A stretch of 43,054 nt of DNA from Acetobacteraceae bacterium. Lineage in GTDB: Bacteria > Pseudomonadota > Alphaproteobacteria > Acetobacterales > Acetobacteraceae. The stretch spans positions 1 through 43,054 of the forward strand of contig JAYTXR010000012.1 in assembly GCA_043742865.1 (NCBI GenBank), given 5' to 3'. The position numbers and the translations under genes are program-made. A model generated the notes under the pieces. It was not told where the DNA came from and made no database searches. It saw only the letters and a program-made list of their open reading frames with translations. Shown here piece after piece: positions 1 through 9,146 of the stretch (position 1 is its first letter; each line of letters begins with the position of its first letter).

Positions 1-93
1 CGCCCGAGCCGAACAGAGGTGCAAAAGCGCCAAGGCGATTTGCGTTCTTAACTCAGGAAACTTTCAAAGCAACAGAACGGTGAATAGGACGGG

Positions 94-763
94 CTAGACG
101 CTCTCCATCGGGTTCAACTCGGGCGAATAGGGCGGGAGCGCCAGCAGGGTGATGTTGTCAGGCACGTTCAGGTCTCTGCCGGTCTGGTGCCAGCCCGCCC
201 CGTCGCAAATCAAGACAGCATGGGCGCGTGCTGCGACCTGCGTGCTGATCTTTCTTCTGACCGACCCTGGCTTCGTCCTGACACCAAATCTCCATCGTCG
301 AAGAGGCGGCGGCGCCGAGCCGGGACTTGCGGACCAGGTCGGTGAAGTTTTTTTAAATGTCTCCTGGGCTTCGGCATCTTTTTGGGGTGGATGGGCGTGG
401 TTGCAGGCGTGTCAGGCCCAGCTGACGCAGCCATTTGCCGATCGTGCTCTCATGCACCGTTACGTTGAACCGGCGGGCGGCTTCCTGGCGCAGATCGAGG
501 CATCGCCATCGCACGACCTAATTCGTCGCTGGATCGGGACCCTTGAGCTCCAGTGCCTTCAACTCCGTCATTTGCTGCTCCGTCAAGGCAGGGGCGGGGC
601 CGGCGCCATGCCGCGACGCCGCCTGCGTGCGCGGACAGCCTTCCAGAACCAACGCCAATGCCAAAACCCGACGAACCTGCGCGCCGTAGCGGCACTTGCC
701 AGTGAACGCCCGAAGCTGCGCTGGCAAATACTCCGTCCGTAGGATCCTCAACGCCGATCCCAT
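94..763 (-). pseudogene. IS630-family transposase remnant (frameshifted, internally deleted)
   Basis: The minus strand carries IS630 motifs in order but spread over three frames. They are MGSAL...APALTEQQMTELKALELKGPDPATN (518-763), VVRWRCLDLRQEAARRFNVTVHESTIGKWLRQLGLTRLQ, KDAEAQETFKKNFTDLVRKSRLGAAASSTMEIWCQDEARVGQK, then ICDGAGWHQTGRDLNVPDNITLLALPPYSPELNPMESV followed by a stop at 94-96. The central part of the DDE domain is missing. Confidence 0.8.
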
Positions 764-857
764 CCGATGCTCCTGTGCGAATCGCAGCCAAGGAGATTGA
801 ATCAGAACCCCGCCGGGTTGGGAACCAATCGTTCGTCAAAAACCGCGCGGGTTGGTA

Positions 858-1337
858 TTAGCCCAGCGCCTCGGCCAGCAAATCCAGCAGGGCGGCGGAA
901 AACACCCGCATATTCGCCACCCGGTCCGGGCTGCCGGTTTCGATGGTAATCACTTTTTCCACCGGGCCGGATATCGCCAGGCAGGAGTGGCCGGCCTGGT
1001 CGCCGTAGCGGTTGCCGGTCGGGCCGGAGGCGCCGGTTTCGGCGATGCCCCAGGTGGCGGCGAAGCGGTGGCGCACCGTGCGGGCGAGCAGCCTGGCATA
1101 CGGCTCGGAGGAGGACCGGATGCCCTCCATTTCGGCGTCGGTGATGCCCAGCAATGCGTTGCGCGCGATGCGGGTATAGACCACGCCGCCGCCGAGGAAA
1201 TAGGCGCTCGCACCGGGCACCGACAGCAATGCGGCGGAGATCAATCCGCCGGCCGAGGATTCCGATACCGCGACCGTGTGGCCGCGGCCCTTCAACATCG
1301 CACCCAGGCGTTGCGCCTTTGGCATCAGTTCCTGCAT
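858..1337 (-). CDS. CinA-family protein (PncC-like nicotinamide-nucleotide amidohydrolase domain)
   Basis: 159 aa. It contains VAVSESSAGGLISAALLSVPGASAYFLGGGVVY and IAETGASGPTG, signatures typical of the CinA C-terminal domain. Confidence 0.8.
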   Translation of the reverse strand: MQELMPKAQRLGAMLKGRGHTVAVSESSAGGLISAALLSVPGASAYFLGGGVVYTRIARNALLGITDAEMEGIRSSSEPYARLLARTVRHRFAATWGIAETGASGPTGNRYGDQAGHSCLAISGPVEKVITIETGSPDRVANMRVFSAALLDLLAEALG

Positions 1338-1354
1338 CTTGCCTGTTCCTTTGG

Positions 1355-2380
1355 TTACGGTTGCGGCGAAACCAGCGGTTTCGCGGTGAAACGTTCGGCC
1401 CGCGCCTGGGCTTGCAGCGCCAGCCGGCAGACCGTGAAAACCCGCTGTTGGCGCATCGCGGTTTCGGTGCGGTTCGCCACATCGGCGGCGAAATCGTGGT
1501 AATAGGTCAGCTTATGGCCGGCGCATTCGACATGGCTTGTTTGGCGCCCATCGACCAGGAACAGATGATCCGCCCCTGGCCGGCCGGCGATATCGAGGTT
1601 TTTGCGCAGTTCGATGGTCCCCTCGGTGCCGAGCAGAAACAGCCGCCCATCGCCCCAGGATGCCAGGCCATCGGCGGTGAACCAATCTACCCGCGCATAG
1701 CCGCGCACGGTATCGGTGCGCAGCATGATCTCGCCGAAATCCTCGAACCCCGGCGGCGGCGTGCCGAAGGCGCCGATGCTGCTATGCACCAGGGTGGCGT
1801 CGTCGGCATCGGCGCAGGCCAGGAACAGGTCGATCTGATGGGCGCCGATATCGGCCAGGATGCCGCCATAGGCGTCGCGCTCGAAGAACCAGGCGGGCCG
1901 CAATTCGCGGTTCAGCCGGTGCGGGCTGAGCGCGGTCATCTGCACCAGCCGGCCGATGGCGCCCTCGCGCAGCAGGGCCAGCGCCGCCTGCACCGATGGG
2001 CTCAGCAGATGGCCGAGGGCGATCGAAAAGATCCGCCCGGTTTCCGCCACCGTCCGCTCTATGTCGTGCAATTGCCGAAAACCGGTCACGCCGGGCTTGT
2101 CGGTCAGCACGTCCTTGCCGTGCCGCATCGCCTCGATCGCCAGCGCCGCACGGTCGCGCGGAACCGCGGCGATCACCACGAAATCGATCGACTTATCGGC
2201 CAGCAGCGCGTCCTTGCCGACGGCTTGGATGTCGGGAAAGCGCTGTTGGAATCCGGCCAGCACGCGCGGATCGGTGGTTTCCGGCCAGTAGCCGGCGCAG
2301 ACCTGCCCGGCATCCAACAACCCCTGGGTGAGGTCGTAGATGTGCCGATGATCGAGCCCGATGGCCGCGAAGCGCGCCAC
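1355..2380 (-). CDS. Gfo/Idh/MocA-family NAD(P)-dependent oxidoreductase
   Basis: 341 aa. The N-terminus MARFAAIGLDHRHIY fits a Rossmann-type fold and the length fits the family. It lies 18 nt upstream of the cinA-like gene on the same strand. Confidence 0.7.
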   Translation of the reverse strand: MARFAAIGLDHRHIYDLTQGLLDAGQVCAGYWPETTDPRVLAGFQQRFPDIQAVGKDALLADKSIDFVVIAAVPRDRAALAIEAMRHGKDVLTDKPGVTGFRQLHDIERTVAETGRIFSIALGHLLSPSVQAALALLREGAIGRLVQMTALSPHRLNRELRPAWFFERDAYGGILADIGAHQIDLFLACADADDATLVHSSIGAFGTPPPGFEDFGEIMLRTDTVRGYARVDWFTADGLASWGDGRLFLLGTEGTIELRKNLDIAGRPGADHLFLVDGRQTSHVECAGHKLTYYHDFAADVANRTETAMRQQRVFTVCRLALQAQARAERFTAKPLVSPQP

Positions 2381-2501
2381 GTCGTTTCCCCTATAATCTG
2401 TCGCAGGCTGCCCGACCTTGGCCGCGGGAGCAACGCCGGCCTTGGCCTGCCTGGCTCGGCGGTCCAGAATGCAGCTTAATCATTCAAGGAAGGATCGAGC
2501 C

Positions 2502-3248
2502 ATGAGCCAACGGGTCGCAGTCGTAACGGGTGCCGGTAGTGGCGTGGGCCGGGCGGCGGCGCTGGCGCTGCTGAACGATGGCTATGCCGTGGCGCTGGCC
2601 GGGCGGCGGCGCGAGGCGCTGGAGGAAACCGCCGGGATGGCGAAGGCGGGCAAGCCGCTGGTGGTGCCGACCGATGTGACCAGCGAGGCCGCGGTGGCGG
2701 CGCTGTTCGCCGCGGTGCAAAAGGATTTCGGCCGTTGCGACGTGCTGTTCAACAACGCCGGCGGCAACGTGCCCAGCACCAATTTCGGTGATTTCACCTT
2801 CGAGATGTGGAAGAAGGTCGTCGATGTGAACTTGAACGGCATGTTCCTGTGCGCCAACGCCGCGTACCGGATGATGCGCGACCAGACCCCGCAGGGCGGA
2901 CGCATCATCAACAACGGCTCGATCTCCGCCCACGCGCCGCGGCCGGGCTCGGTCGGTTATACCTCGACCAAGCACGCGATTACCGGGCTGACCAAGACCA
3001 TCGCGCTGGACGGGCGGAAATACGACATCCAATGCGGCCAGATCGATATCGGCAACGCCGAAACGCCGATGACCGCGCGCATGGCCAACGGCGTGCCGCA
3101 AGCCAACGGGGAGGTGATGGTGGAACCACGGATGGATCCGGACGCGGTGGCGCGCTCGGTGCTGCTGATGGCGAATTTGCTGCCGGACGCAAATATCCAA
3201 TTCCTGATGGTGGCCGCGCACAAGATGCCGTTCATCGGGCGAGGGTAG
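2502..3248 (+). CDS. SDR-family short-chain dehydrogenase/reductase
   Basis: Starts at the ATG at 2502, preceded by [25 protein letters not shown] is the TGxxxGxG motif, NNAG is present, and the catalytic-region tyrosine sits in AAYRMMR. The track ORF begins earlier, at 2418, but no RBS supports that start. Confidence 0.85.
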   Translation: MSQRVAVVTGAGSGVGRAAALALLNDGYAVALAGRRREALEETAGMAKAGKPLVVPTDVTSEAAVAALFAAVQKDFGRCDVLFNNAGGNVPSTNFGDFTFEMWKKVVDVNLNGMFLCANAAYRMMRDQTPQGGRIINNGSISAHAPRPGSVGYTSTKHAITGLTKTIALDGRKYDIQCGQIDIGNAETPMTARMANGVPQANGEVMVEPRMDPDAVARSVLLMANLLPDANIQFLMVAAHKMPFIGRG

Positions 3249-3268
3249 CGGCCCCCGCCAAATGGGGG

Positions 3269-4591
3269 TCAAGGGGCCCCTGGCTCCTTGCGGGGTGTGG
3301 GGCGGAGCCCCAACGCTTGCTGCACCAGCCCCGCCGCCCTCTGCCCGTCCCGCCAGGCACCGCCCAAGGTTCCGGCCAGGCCCTCGTCATTGCAGGCTTC
3401 GCCGCAAAGGATCAGCCGACCCTCGGCCAATGGCTGGCCCAATCGTCCGCGGGCATCCGCGTGCCCAGGAAGCGCATAGGCGTAGGAGCCGAGGAAATTT
3501 GTCTCCCGCCCCCATTGCGTGACCACGCCCTGGTCGCCGCGGAACAAATCCGTGGCGCGGGCGCCGAACAGGCTGGACAGATGGTTGCGGACGAAATCGA
3601 TAGCGGCGGCATCGCCGTCCGCCTGCAACGCCCAGGCGGTGGCGCCGCCGATCCAGGCCGACATATAGGGCTGCCCGCGCGGCCAGAATTGCAGCACCAT
3701 TGCGGGCTCGCCGGGCTGTTCGACGCGCCGGTCGACCGAGCAGTCATCCGGCAGATCGAGCCGGTCGGGCCCGCAAGCCGACAACGCCACCTTGATGGCC
3801 AGACCCATCGGCAACCCCGCCAGGCACTCGCCGATGGCAGAAGGCAACGGTGGGTCGAACGCAATGGCGCCGCTGGCCAAAACCCCGGTGGAGACGGTGA
3901 CGATGCAGGCGCACGCCGTTATCGTTTCTTGGGCGGTATAAACGCTCACGCCATTGCGGGACCAGCTTACGCCGTGCGCGGGGTTATTCAGTCGCACATC
4001 CAACCCCACGCCCAGGCGGCGGCTTACGAAGGCGCCGATACCGCCCTCCACCATGCGGTTGCTGCCGTTCAGGATGTTGCGCTTCCAGTCTCGTAGGCTG
4101 TAACGATCAGCGTCCGCCACGCAGATTACCGGGCCTTCCCACATCTCTACCGACAGCGCCCACGGGTCGTCGGGGAGGGTTTTTGCCACGTCGGCCAGAC
4201 TTCCGTCCCGCCCGCCGGCAGCCAGCAACGCCTCGCCGGCGGCGGTGAAGCGGGGCCAGGCATTGGCGAAATCGGCCAGCTCGTCCTCGCGGGCCAGCCG
4301 CGTTCCGATGAAACTCCGTTCGTGGCGCAGCCGATCGGAATCGATCAGCACCTCGCCGAACGCCTCGGCGATCGGCACCAGCGGATTGCTCTCCGCCACG
4401 TGCAGCCAGCTGGCGCCATGGTCGAACCAGGCCCCGCCCAAGGCCGGTTCCTCGACGGTCCGCGCCCGCCCGCCGATTCGGCCCGATGCTTCCAACACCA
4501 ACGAATTCAACCCGCCCCGGCGCAGGCTGGCGGCAGCGGACAGGCCGGCGACCCCGGCTCCGATGATCACGACATCCAGTTCCGACTTCAT
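3269..4591 (-). CDS. Flavin-containing amine oxidase family protein
   Basis: MKSELDVVIIGAGVAGLSAAASLRRGGLNSLVLEASGRIGGRA is a dinucleotide-binding GxGxxG followed by the amine-oxidase signature. I chose the start at the internal ATG 4591 (GGGGA lies 5-9 nt upstream), because the longer ORF start at 4636 lies inside a terminator hairpin. Confidence 0.8.
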   Translation of the reverse strand: MKSELDVVIIGAGVAGLSAAASLRRGGLNSLVLEASGRIGGRARTVEEPALGGAWFDHGASWLHVAESNPLVPIAEAFGEVLIDSDRLRHERSFIGTRLAREDELADFANAWPRFTAAGEALLAAGGRDGSLADVAKTLPDDPWALSVEMWEGPVICVADADRYSLRDWKRNILNGSNRMVEGGIGAFVSRRLGVGLDVRLNNPAHGVSWSRNGVSVYTAQETITACACIVTVSTGVLASGAIAFDPPLPSAIGECLAGLPMGLAIKVALSACGPDRLDLPDDCSVDRRVEQPGEPAMVLQFWPRGQPYMSAWIGGATAWALQADGDAAAIDFVRNHLSSLFGARATDLFRGDQGVVTQWGRETNFLGSYAYALPGHADARGRLGQPLAEGRLILCGEACNDEGLAGTLGGAWRDGQRAAGLVQQALGLRPTPRKEPGAP

Positions 4592-4600
4592 GGGATCCCC

Positions 4601-4636
4601 ACAAGAAAATGGCGCCGGTGTTGCCACCGGCGCCAT
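4601..4636 (-). terminator. Intrinsic terminator after the DUF35/thiolase operon
   Basis: Perfect 12-bp inverted repeat ATGGCGCCGGTG / CACCGGCGCCAT (4609-4620 and 4625-4636) with a 4-nt loop. On the minus-strand transcript it is followed by UUUCUUGU. Confidence 0.7.
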
Positions 4637-4660
4637 GCAATCGTCTCAGCCGGACAAGCC

Positions 4661-5059
4661 CTAGGCCGGCGTGAACATCGGCACCTTCTGGCCGGTGTCG
4701 CTGTCCAGGAAGACCACCTTCACGTCCTGGCCGATCTTCAGCTTGGAGAAGTCGCAATCGACGATGTTGGTCATCATCGTGGTGCCTTCGTCCAGCGTTA
4801 CGTAGGCCAGGGTGAAAGGCGGGCTGGCCCGTTCCATCACGCTGAACGAGTAGATCTTGCCTTTGCCGGACGCCTGCACCCACTCGGTGTTGGCGCTCAG
4901 CGTGAACGGCGACAACGGGCGCGGGTAGAAATAATGCTTGCCGGTGTCCTTGCACTTCATGATCATCAGCTTGCCCGCGTTGCAGCCGTCCCAGTAGGGC
5001 TTCACCTCGGGGTTGGTGTCGGGCGCGCCGATGAACGAGATTTTCCGCTGTTCAGCCAT
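4661..5059 (-). CDS. Zn-ribbon OB-fold protein (DUF35 family), thiolase partner
   Basis: 132 aa from the ATG at 5059 (MAEQRKISF...). The ...KCKDTGKHYFYPR... stretch followed by an OB-fold region is as seen in DUF35 proteins. It lies 5 nt downstream of a thiolase-like gene, which is the usual pairing. Confidence 0.75.
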   Translation of the reverse strand: MAEQRKISFIGAPDTNPEVKPYWDGCNAGKLMIMKCKDTGKHYFYPRPLSPFTLSANTEWVQASGKGKIYSFSVMERASPPFTLAYVTLDEGTTMMTNIVDCDFSKLKIGQDVKVVFLDSDTGQKVPMFTPA

Positions 5060-5064
5060 GTCGA

Positions 5065-6234
5065 TCACTCCCGTTCCATGATGAGCGTGGCGCTGCCGTG
5101 CCGCGTGCCGAGGGAGCCGCCGGTGCCATGCGCCAATGCGACGTTGCAGTTCGGCACCTGGACCTTCGGATGCGCCTCGCCGCGCAGCTGGCGCACCGCC
5201 TCGATCACCTTGGTGATGCCGCCGCGGTTGGCCGGATGATTGTTGCAAAGCCCGCCGCCATCGGTGTTGAACGGCAGTTTCCCGATGCCGGAAATCAGGT
5301 TGCCGTCAGAAACGAATTTGCCGCCCTGGCCCTTTTCGCAGAACCCGAGATCCTCCAGCTGCATCAGCACGGTGATGGTGAAGCTGTCGTAGATCGAGGC
5401 ATATTTGATATCGGTCGGTGCAACGCCGGCTTCGGCGAACGCCATTTTTCCGGAATAGCGGGCGCCGGTATAGGTCAGATCGACCATGCCGCCCATCTGG
5501 CCCTTCGGCGCCTCGCCGTTGCCGATCACTTTCACCAGCGGACGCTTCAGGCTTCTGGCGATTTCCGGTTTCACCACCAGCAGTGCCCCGCCGCCATCGG
5601 AGATGACGCAGCAATCCAGCCGGTGCAGCGGAGTCGAGACCATGGGCGAGTTCACCACATCCTCGACCGTGACCACATCGCGCAGCATCGCGTGCGGGTT
5701 GTGCTGGGCGTGGGTGGAGGCGGCGACCTTGATCCAGGCGAGCTGCTCGGACGTGGTGCCGAATTCGTACATGTGGCGCGCGGCGCACATGGCGTACATG
5801 TTCACGACCGTGGGCGAGTACGGATACTCGAACATCATGTCGGGCTGCGCCGGGTTGCCGGGGCGCGCGGCGGTGCCGGTGGCCTGGCCCTCGCTGCGCG
5901 GACGGCCCGCCAGCGTGATCAGCGCCACGTTGCAGCGTCCGGCGGCGATCGCCTCGGCCGCATGCGACACCAGCAGCAGATACGACGATCCGCCGACATC
6001 GGTGGCGTCCATGTGCCGAACCTTCAGGTTCAGGTAGTCGACCATCGACAGCGGGCCCATGCCCGGTGCGTCGCCGGCGCAGAAATATCCGTCCACGTCG
6101 TCCTTGGTCAGGCCCGCATCGGCCAGTGCGCCAGCGGCGCACTCCGCATGCAGCAGGGCCACGGATTTGTCCGGTGCCTTGCGCGTGGGGTGTTCAAACG
6201 CCCCCGCGATATACGCTTTTCCCTTGAGACTCAT
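5065..6234 (-). CDS. Thiolase-family protein (SCP-x/non-specific lipid-transfer type acetyl-CoA acetyltransferase-like)
   Basis: 389 aa. It shows thiolase-like N- and C-terminal domains (GGSSYLLLVSHAAEAIAAGRCNVAL, NTDGGGLCNNHP, ALAHGTGGSLG). Its start ATG overlaps the otsA stop as ATGA at 6231-6234. Confidence 0.8.
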   Translation of the reverse strand: MSLKGKAYIAGAFEHPTRKAPDKSVALLHAECAAGALADAGLTKDDVDGYFCAGDAPGMGPLSMVDYLNLKVRHMDATDVGGSSYLLLVSHAAEAIAAGRCNVALITLAGRPRSEGQATGTAARPGNPAQPDMMFEYPYSPTVVNMYAMCAARHMYEFGTTSEQLAWIKVAASTHAQHNPHAMLRDVVTVEDVVNSPMVSTPLHRLDCCVISDGGGALLVVKPEIARSLKRPLVKVIGNGEAPKGQMGGMVDLTYTGARYSGKMAFAEAGVAPTDIKYASIYDSFTITVLMQLEDLGFCEKGQGGKFVSDGNLISGIGKLPFNTDGGGLCNNHPANRGGITKVIEAVRQLRGEAHPKVQVPNCNVALAHGTGGSLGTRHGSATLIMERE

Positions 6235-7715
6235 GCAGTCGCTCCTTTTGCGAGCTCGTTTCCACCCAGCGGTGCGAGCCGATTATACCCATCGGTAGGG
6301 GATGCGCCAGCCGCCCTCGCCGGCCGTATCTCGGCCATCGCCAGATCGCCGGTAAAGCGGTCCCGCCAGCGGTCCAGGCTGTTGCGGCGCATCACCGCGA
6401 TCATCGCCGCATGGCGCTCGCGCCGCTCGTCCAGCCGCATCGACAGCCCGCGGTCCAGCGCCATCGCTACCCCGGCGGAGTCGTATGGATTGATCAGCAG
6501 CGCCGCGTCCAGCTCGCGCGCCGCACCGGCGAACTGCGACAGGATCAGCACGCCGGGGTCTTCGGGGTCCTGGGCGGCGACGTATTCCTTGGCCACCAGG
6601 TTCATGCCGTCGCGCAGCGGCGTGACCAGGCCGACATCGGCCAGCGCATATAATGGCATCAGCGCCGAGCGCGGAAAACTCTTGTTCAGGTAGCGCAGCG
6701 GCATCCAGTCAATTTCGGCGAAGCGGCCGTTGATGCGGCCGGCCTCGGCCTCCAGCTCGCGGCGGATGTCCTTGTAGGTCTGGATGTCGCCGCGCGAGGG
6801 TGGGGCGATCTGCAGGAAGCTGACGCCGCCGCGCGCGGCCGGGCAATCTTCCAGAAACCGCTCGAAGGCCTGGAAGCGCTGACGCAGGCCCTTTGAATAG
6901 TCGAGCCGATCGACGCTCAGGATCAGCTGGCCATGGCGTAGGCTGGCATGCAGCCGGTCGGCGTGGCGCTTGTTGGCCTGTGCGCGGGCCTGGCCGCGCA
7001 CCTCGTCCACCTGCACGCCGATCGGGTAGACGCCAGTAAGGATTATTCTTCCAAAGGCGCGGAGAACCTGACCGTCGGCATGGCTTTCCAGCAGCTCTCC
7101 CTCGCAATGGCGCAGCACGTAATCGGCGAAGCCGGCGCGGTCGGTCTCGGTTTGAAACCCCACCAGATCGTATTCGCACATCGCCCGGATCAGTTCGGCA
7201 TGGGCGGGCACGGTCATGAACACCGGCGGCGCGGGGAAGGGGGTGTGCAGAAACAGGCCGATCCGGTTACGGCAGCCAGCCTGGCGCAGCGCATCCGCTA
7301 GGCATAGCAGATGGTAGTCATGCGCCCAAACCAAATCATCCGGTTGCAGGATCGGAGCCAGTGCGCGGGCGAACTGGTCGTTGACGCGCTGATATCCGGA
7401 GAATTCCTCCCAGTCGAACCGGCTGAGGCCCATCTGGTAATGCAGCACCGGCCACAGCGTGTCGTTGGCGAAGCCGCGGTAGAACTCGTCATAGTCCTTG
7501 CGCGACAGGTCGATCGTGTAGAGCGATATCGGCCCGATTTTCTGCCTCGCCTTGGCGTGGCCGGAGGGTGTGCCGACGGTCTCCCCGCTCCAGCCGAACC
7601 AGATGCCGCCCTGCTGCTTCAGCGCGTCCAGCACCCCAGCGGCCAGGCCGCCGGCGGTCGCCTGCCCCTCGGTGATGGGGGCTACGCGATTGGAAACCAC
7701 GACCAGCCGCGACAC
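6231..7715 (-). CDS. otsA: Alpha,alpha-trehalose-phosphate synthase (GT20)
   Basis: 494 aa. [13 protein letters not shown]...GGLA...[24 protein letters not shown] and GMNLVAKEY are classic OtsA motifs. The start is a GTG at 7715, with GGGGA upstream. Confidence 0.85.
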   Translation of the reverse strand: MSRLVVVSNRVAPITEGQATAGGLAAGVLDALKQQGGIWFGWSGETVGTPSGHAKARQKIGPISLYTIDLSRKDYDEFYRGFANDTLWPVLHYQMGLSRFDWEEFSGYQRVNDQFARALAPILQPDDLVWAHDYHLLCLADALRQAGCRNRIGLFLHTPFPAPPVFMTVPAHAELIRAMCEYDLVGFQTETDRAGFADYVLRHCEGELLESHADGQVLRAFGRIILTGVYPIGVQVDEVRGQARAQANKRHADRLHASLRHGQLILSVDRLDYSKGLRQRFQAFERFLEDCPAARGGVSFLQIAPPSRGDIQTYKDIRRELEAEAGRINGRFAEIDWMPLRYLNKSFPRSALMPLYALADVGLVTPLRDGMNLVAKEYVAAQDPEDPGVLILSQFAGAARELDAALLINPYDSAGVAMALDRGLSMRLDERRERHAAMIAVMRRNSLDRWRDRFTGDLAMAEIRPARAAGASPTDGYNRLAPLGGNELAKGATA

Positions 7716-7766
7716 GATCCGTTCCCCGATAGAACCCGCACAGGATGGAACAGGTTAAGCCTTTTA

Positions 7767-7847
7767 GAGCAGCCTCGCGGCTGCAGGCCTGTCGAGCAGC
7801 CTCGCGGCTGCGGGCCTTTCGCGCAACCCCGCGGCGGCCGGCCCGGG
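7767..7847. repeat. 27-bp tandem repeat (2 good copies plus 1 degenerate), each with an internal hairpin
   Basis: GAGCAGCCTCGCGGCTGCAGGCCTGTC (7767-7793), GAGCAGCCTCGCGGCTGCGGGCCTTTC (7794-7820), then a degenerate third copy. Each good unit contains the palindrome GCAGCC-TCGC-GGCTGC. Confidence 0.8.
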
Positions 7848-7975
7848 AACGCGTCGGTTTTTTGCCACAATCGACAATTATGAAAGATTCTGCTGCAACG
7901 TTGTGACGGTCGAGCGAATTCTCCGAACAGGACGTGATTACTGTCCCTACCTCAATCGAAAGGTGGCCTGAAGCC

Positions 7976-9031
7976 ATGCGTATTGCCCAGATTTCGCCTC
8001 TGTTCGAGGCAGTTCCGCCGAAACTCTATGGCGGTACGGAGCGGGTGGTCTACTCGCTGACCGAGGAGTTGGTGGCCATGGGTCATGACGTCACGCTGTT
8101 CGCCAGCGGCGATTCGATCACCTCGGCCAAGCTCGCGCCGATGCGCAAGCAGGCGCTGCGGCTGGACCCCAGCGTGCGCGACTGGGTGGCGATCCATTAC
8201 CAGATGGTCGAGTTGATCTATCGTCGCAAGGACGAGTTCGACGTGCTGCACTCCCACGTCGATTATTTCCCGCTATCGCTGTTCGGCCGGCAGAATGTGC
8301 CGTATCTGACCACGCTGCACGGACGGCTGGATGTTCAGGAATTCATCGACGTCTACAGCACCTTCCCCGACGCGCCGATGGTGTCGATCTCCAACAGCCA
8401 GCGCCGCCCGGCTCCGGGTTTGAACTGGGCGCGCACCGTGCCGCATGGCATGCCGCGCAACCTGCTGACCCTGCGCCCGATGCCGCGGGATTACTTCGCC
8501 TTCCTCGGCCGGATATCGCCGGAGAAGGGGCTGGACCGCGCGATCAAGATCGTTGGCGCCGTTGGCGGCAAGTTGAAAATCGCGGCGAAAGTGGATAACG
8601 CCGACCGCGAGTATTACGAGAATGAGATTAAGCCGCTGCTGTCGCAGGGCCATGTCGAGTTCATCGGCGAGATCGACGACAGTCAGAAATCCGAATTCCT
8701 GTCCGGTGCCAAGGCACTGGTGTTCCCGATCGACTGGCCCGAGCCGTTCGGCCTGGTGATGATCGAGGCGATGGCCTGCGGCACGCCGGTGATCGCGTTC
8801 AACTGCGGCTCGGTGCCGGAGGTGATCGATGAGGGCATTTCCGGCTTTATCATCGATGGCGCCGACGAAGCCGCCCGAATCGACAACGCCATCGCCGCCA
8901 TTGGCCGCCTGGGCGAGCTGGATCATGGCCGGGTGCGGGCGCAATTCGACAAACGCTGGACCTCGCGGCGCATGGCCGAGGATTACCTGGAGCTGTACAG
9001 CGAGCTGATCGGCCAGCGTAAGGCCGCCTGA
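7976..9031 (+). CDS. Glycosyltransferase family 4 protein
   Basis: MRIAQISPLFEAVPPKLYGGTERVVYSLTEELVAMGHDVTLFASGDS is a GT4 N-terminus. The C-terminal EPFGLVMIEAMACGTPVIA matches the E-x7-E region. The start was set at the ATG at 7976. Confidence 0.85.
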   Translation: MRIAQISPLFEAVPPKLYGGTERVVYSLTEELVAMGHDVTLFASGDSITSAKLAPMRKQALRLDPSVRDWVAIHYQMVELIYRRKDEFDVLHSHVDYFPLSLFGRQNVPYLTTLHGRLDVQEFIDVYSTFPDAPMVSISNSQRRPAPGLNWARTVPHGMPRNLLTLRPMPRDYFAFLGRISPEKGLDRAIKIVGAVGGKLKIAAKVDNADREYYENEIKPLLSQGHVEFIGEIDDSQKSEFLSGAKALVFPIDWPEPFGLVMIEAMACGTPVIAFNCGSVPEVIDEGISGFIIDGADEAARIDNAIAAIGRLGELDHGRVRAQFDKRWTSRRMAEDYLELYSELIGQRKAA

Positions 9032-9146
9032 GTCGGGGGCCGCCTAAGTCGGGGGCCGCTCCGGCGCCGGAGCTGCCGCGTCCAGTTGCCCACGGCTTGT
9101 CCTTCGAATGCGGCATGCGCAAGATGGCCCTGCCCGAGGGCCCGAC

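Noticed and set aside
100-125. GGTTCAACTCGGG, a tRNA T-arm-like string
   Set aside because: It is the reverse complement of the codons for PELNP in the IS630 relic. No acceptor stem, anticodon arm or D-arm can be built around it. I found no convincing tRNA anywhere in the window.
149-742. 197-aa plus-strand ORF at the left edge
   Set aside because: It is antisense to the IS630 transposase remnant, whose motifs are unmistakable on the minus strand.
1154-2479. 441-aa plus-strand ORF. Similar long shadow ORFs lie at 2807-4096 (+), 24394-25782 (-), 35831-36976 (-), 8850-9782 (-), 18912-19781 (+) and 21577-22341 (-).
   Set aside because: Each is antisense to, or out of frame with, a gene that has strong family signatures. 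All show Arg/Pro/Gly/Ala-dominated composition and lack RBS support.
5098-6693. 531-aa ORF on the plus strand
   Set aside because: It is antisense to the thiolase and otsA genes, both of which carry clear family motifs. The composition is low-complexity and Arg/Ala-rich.
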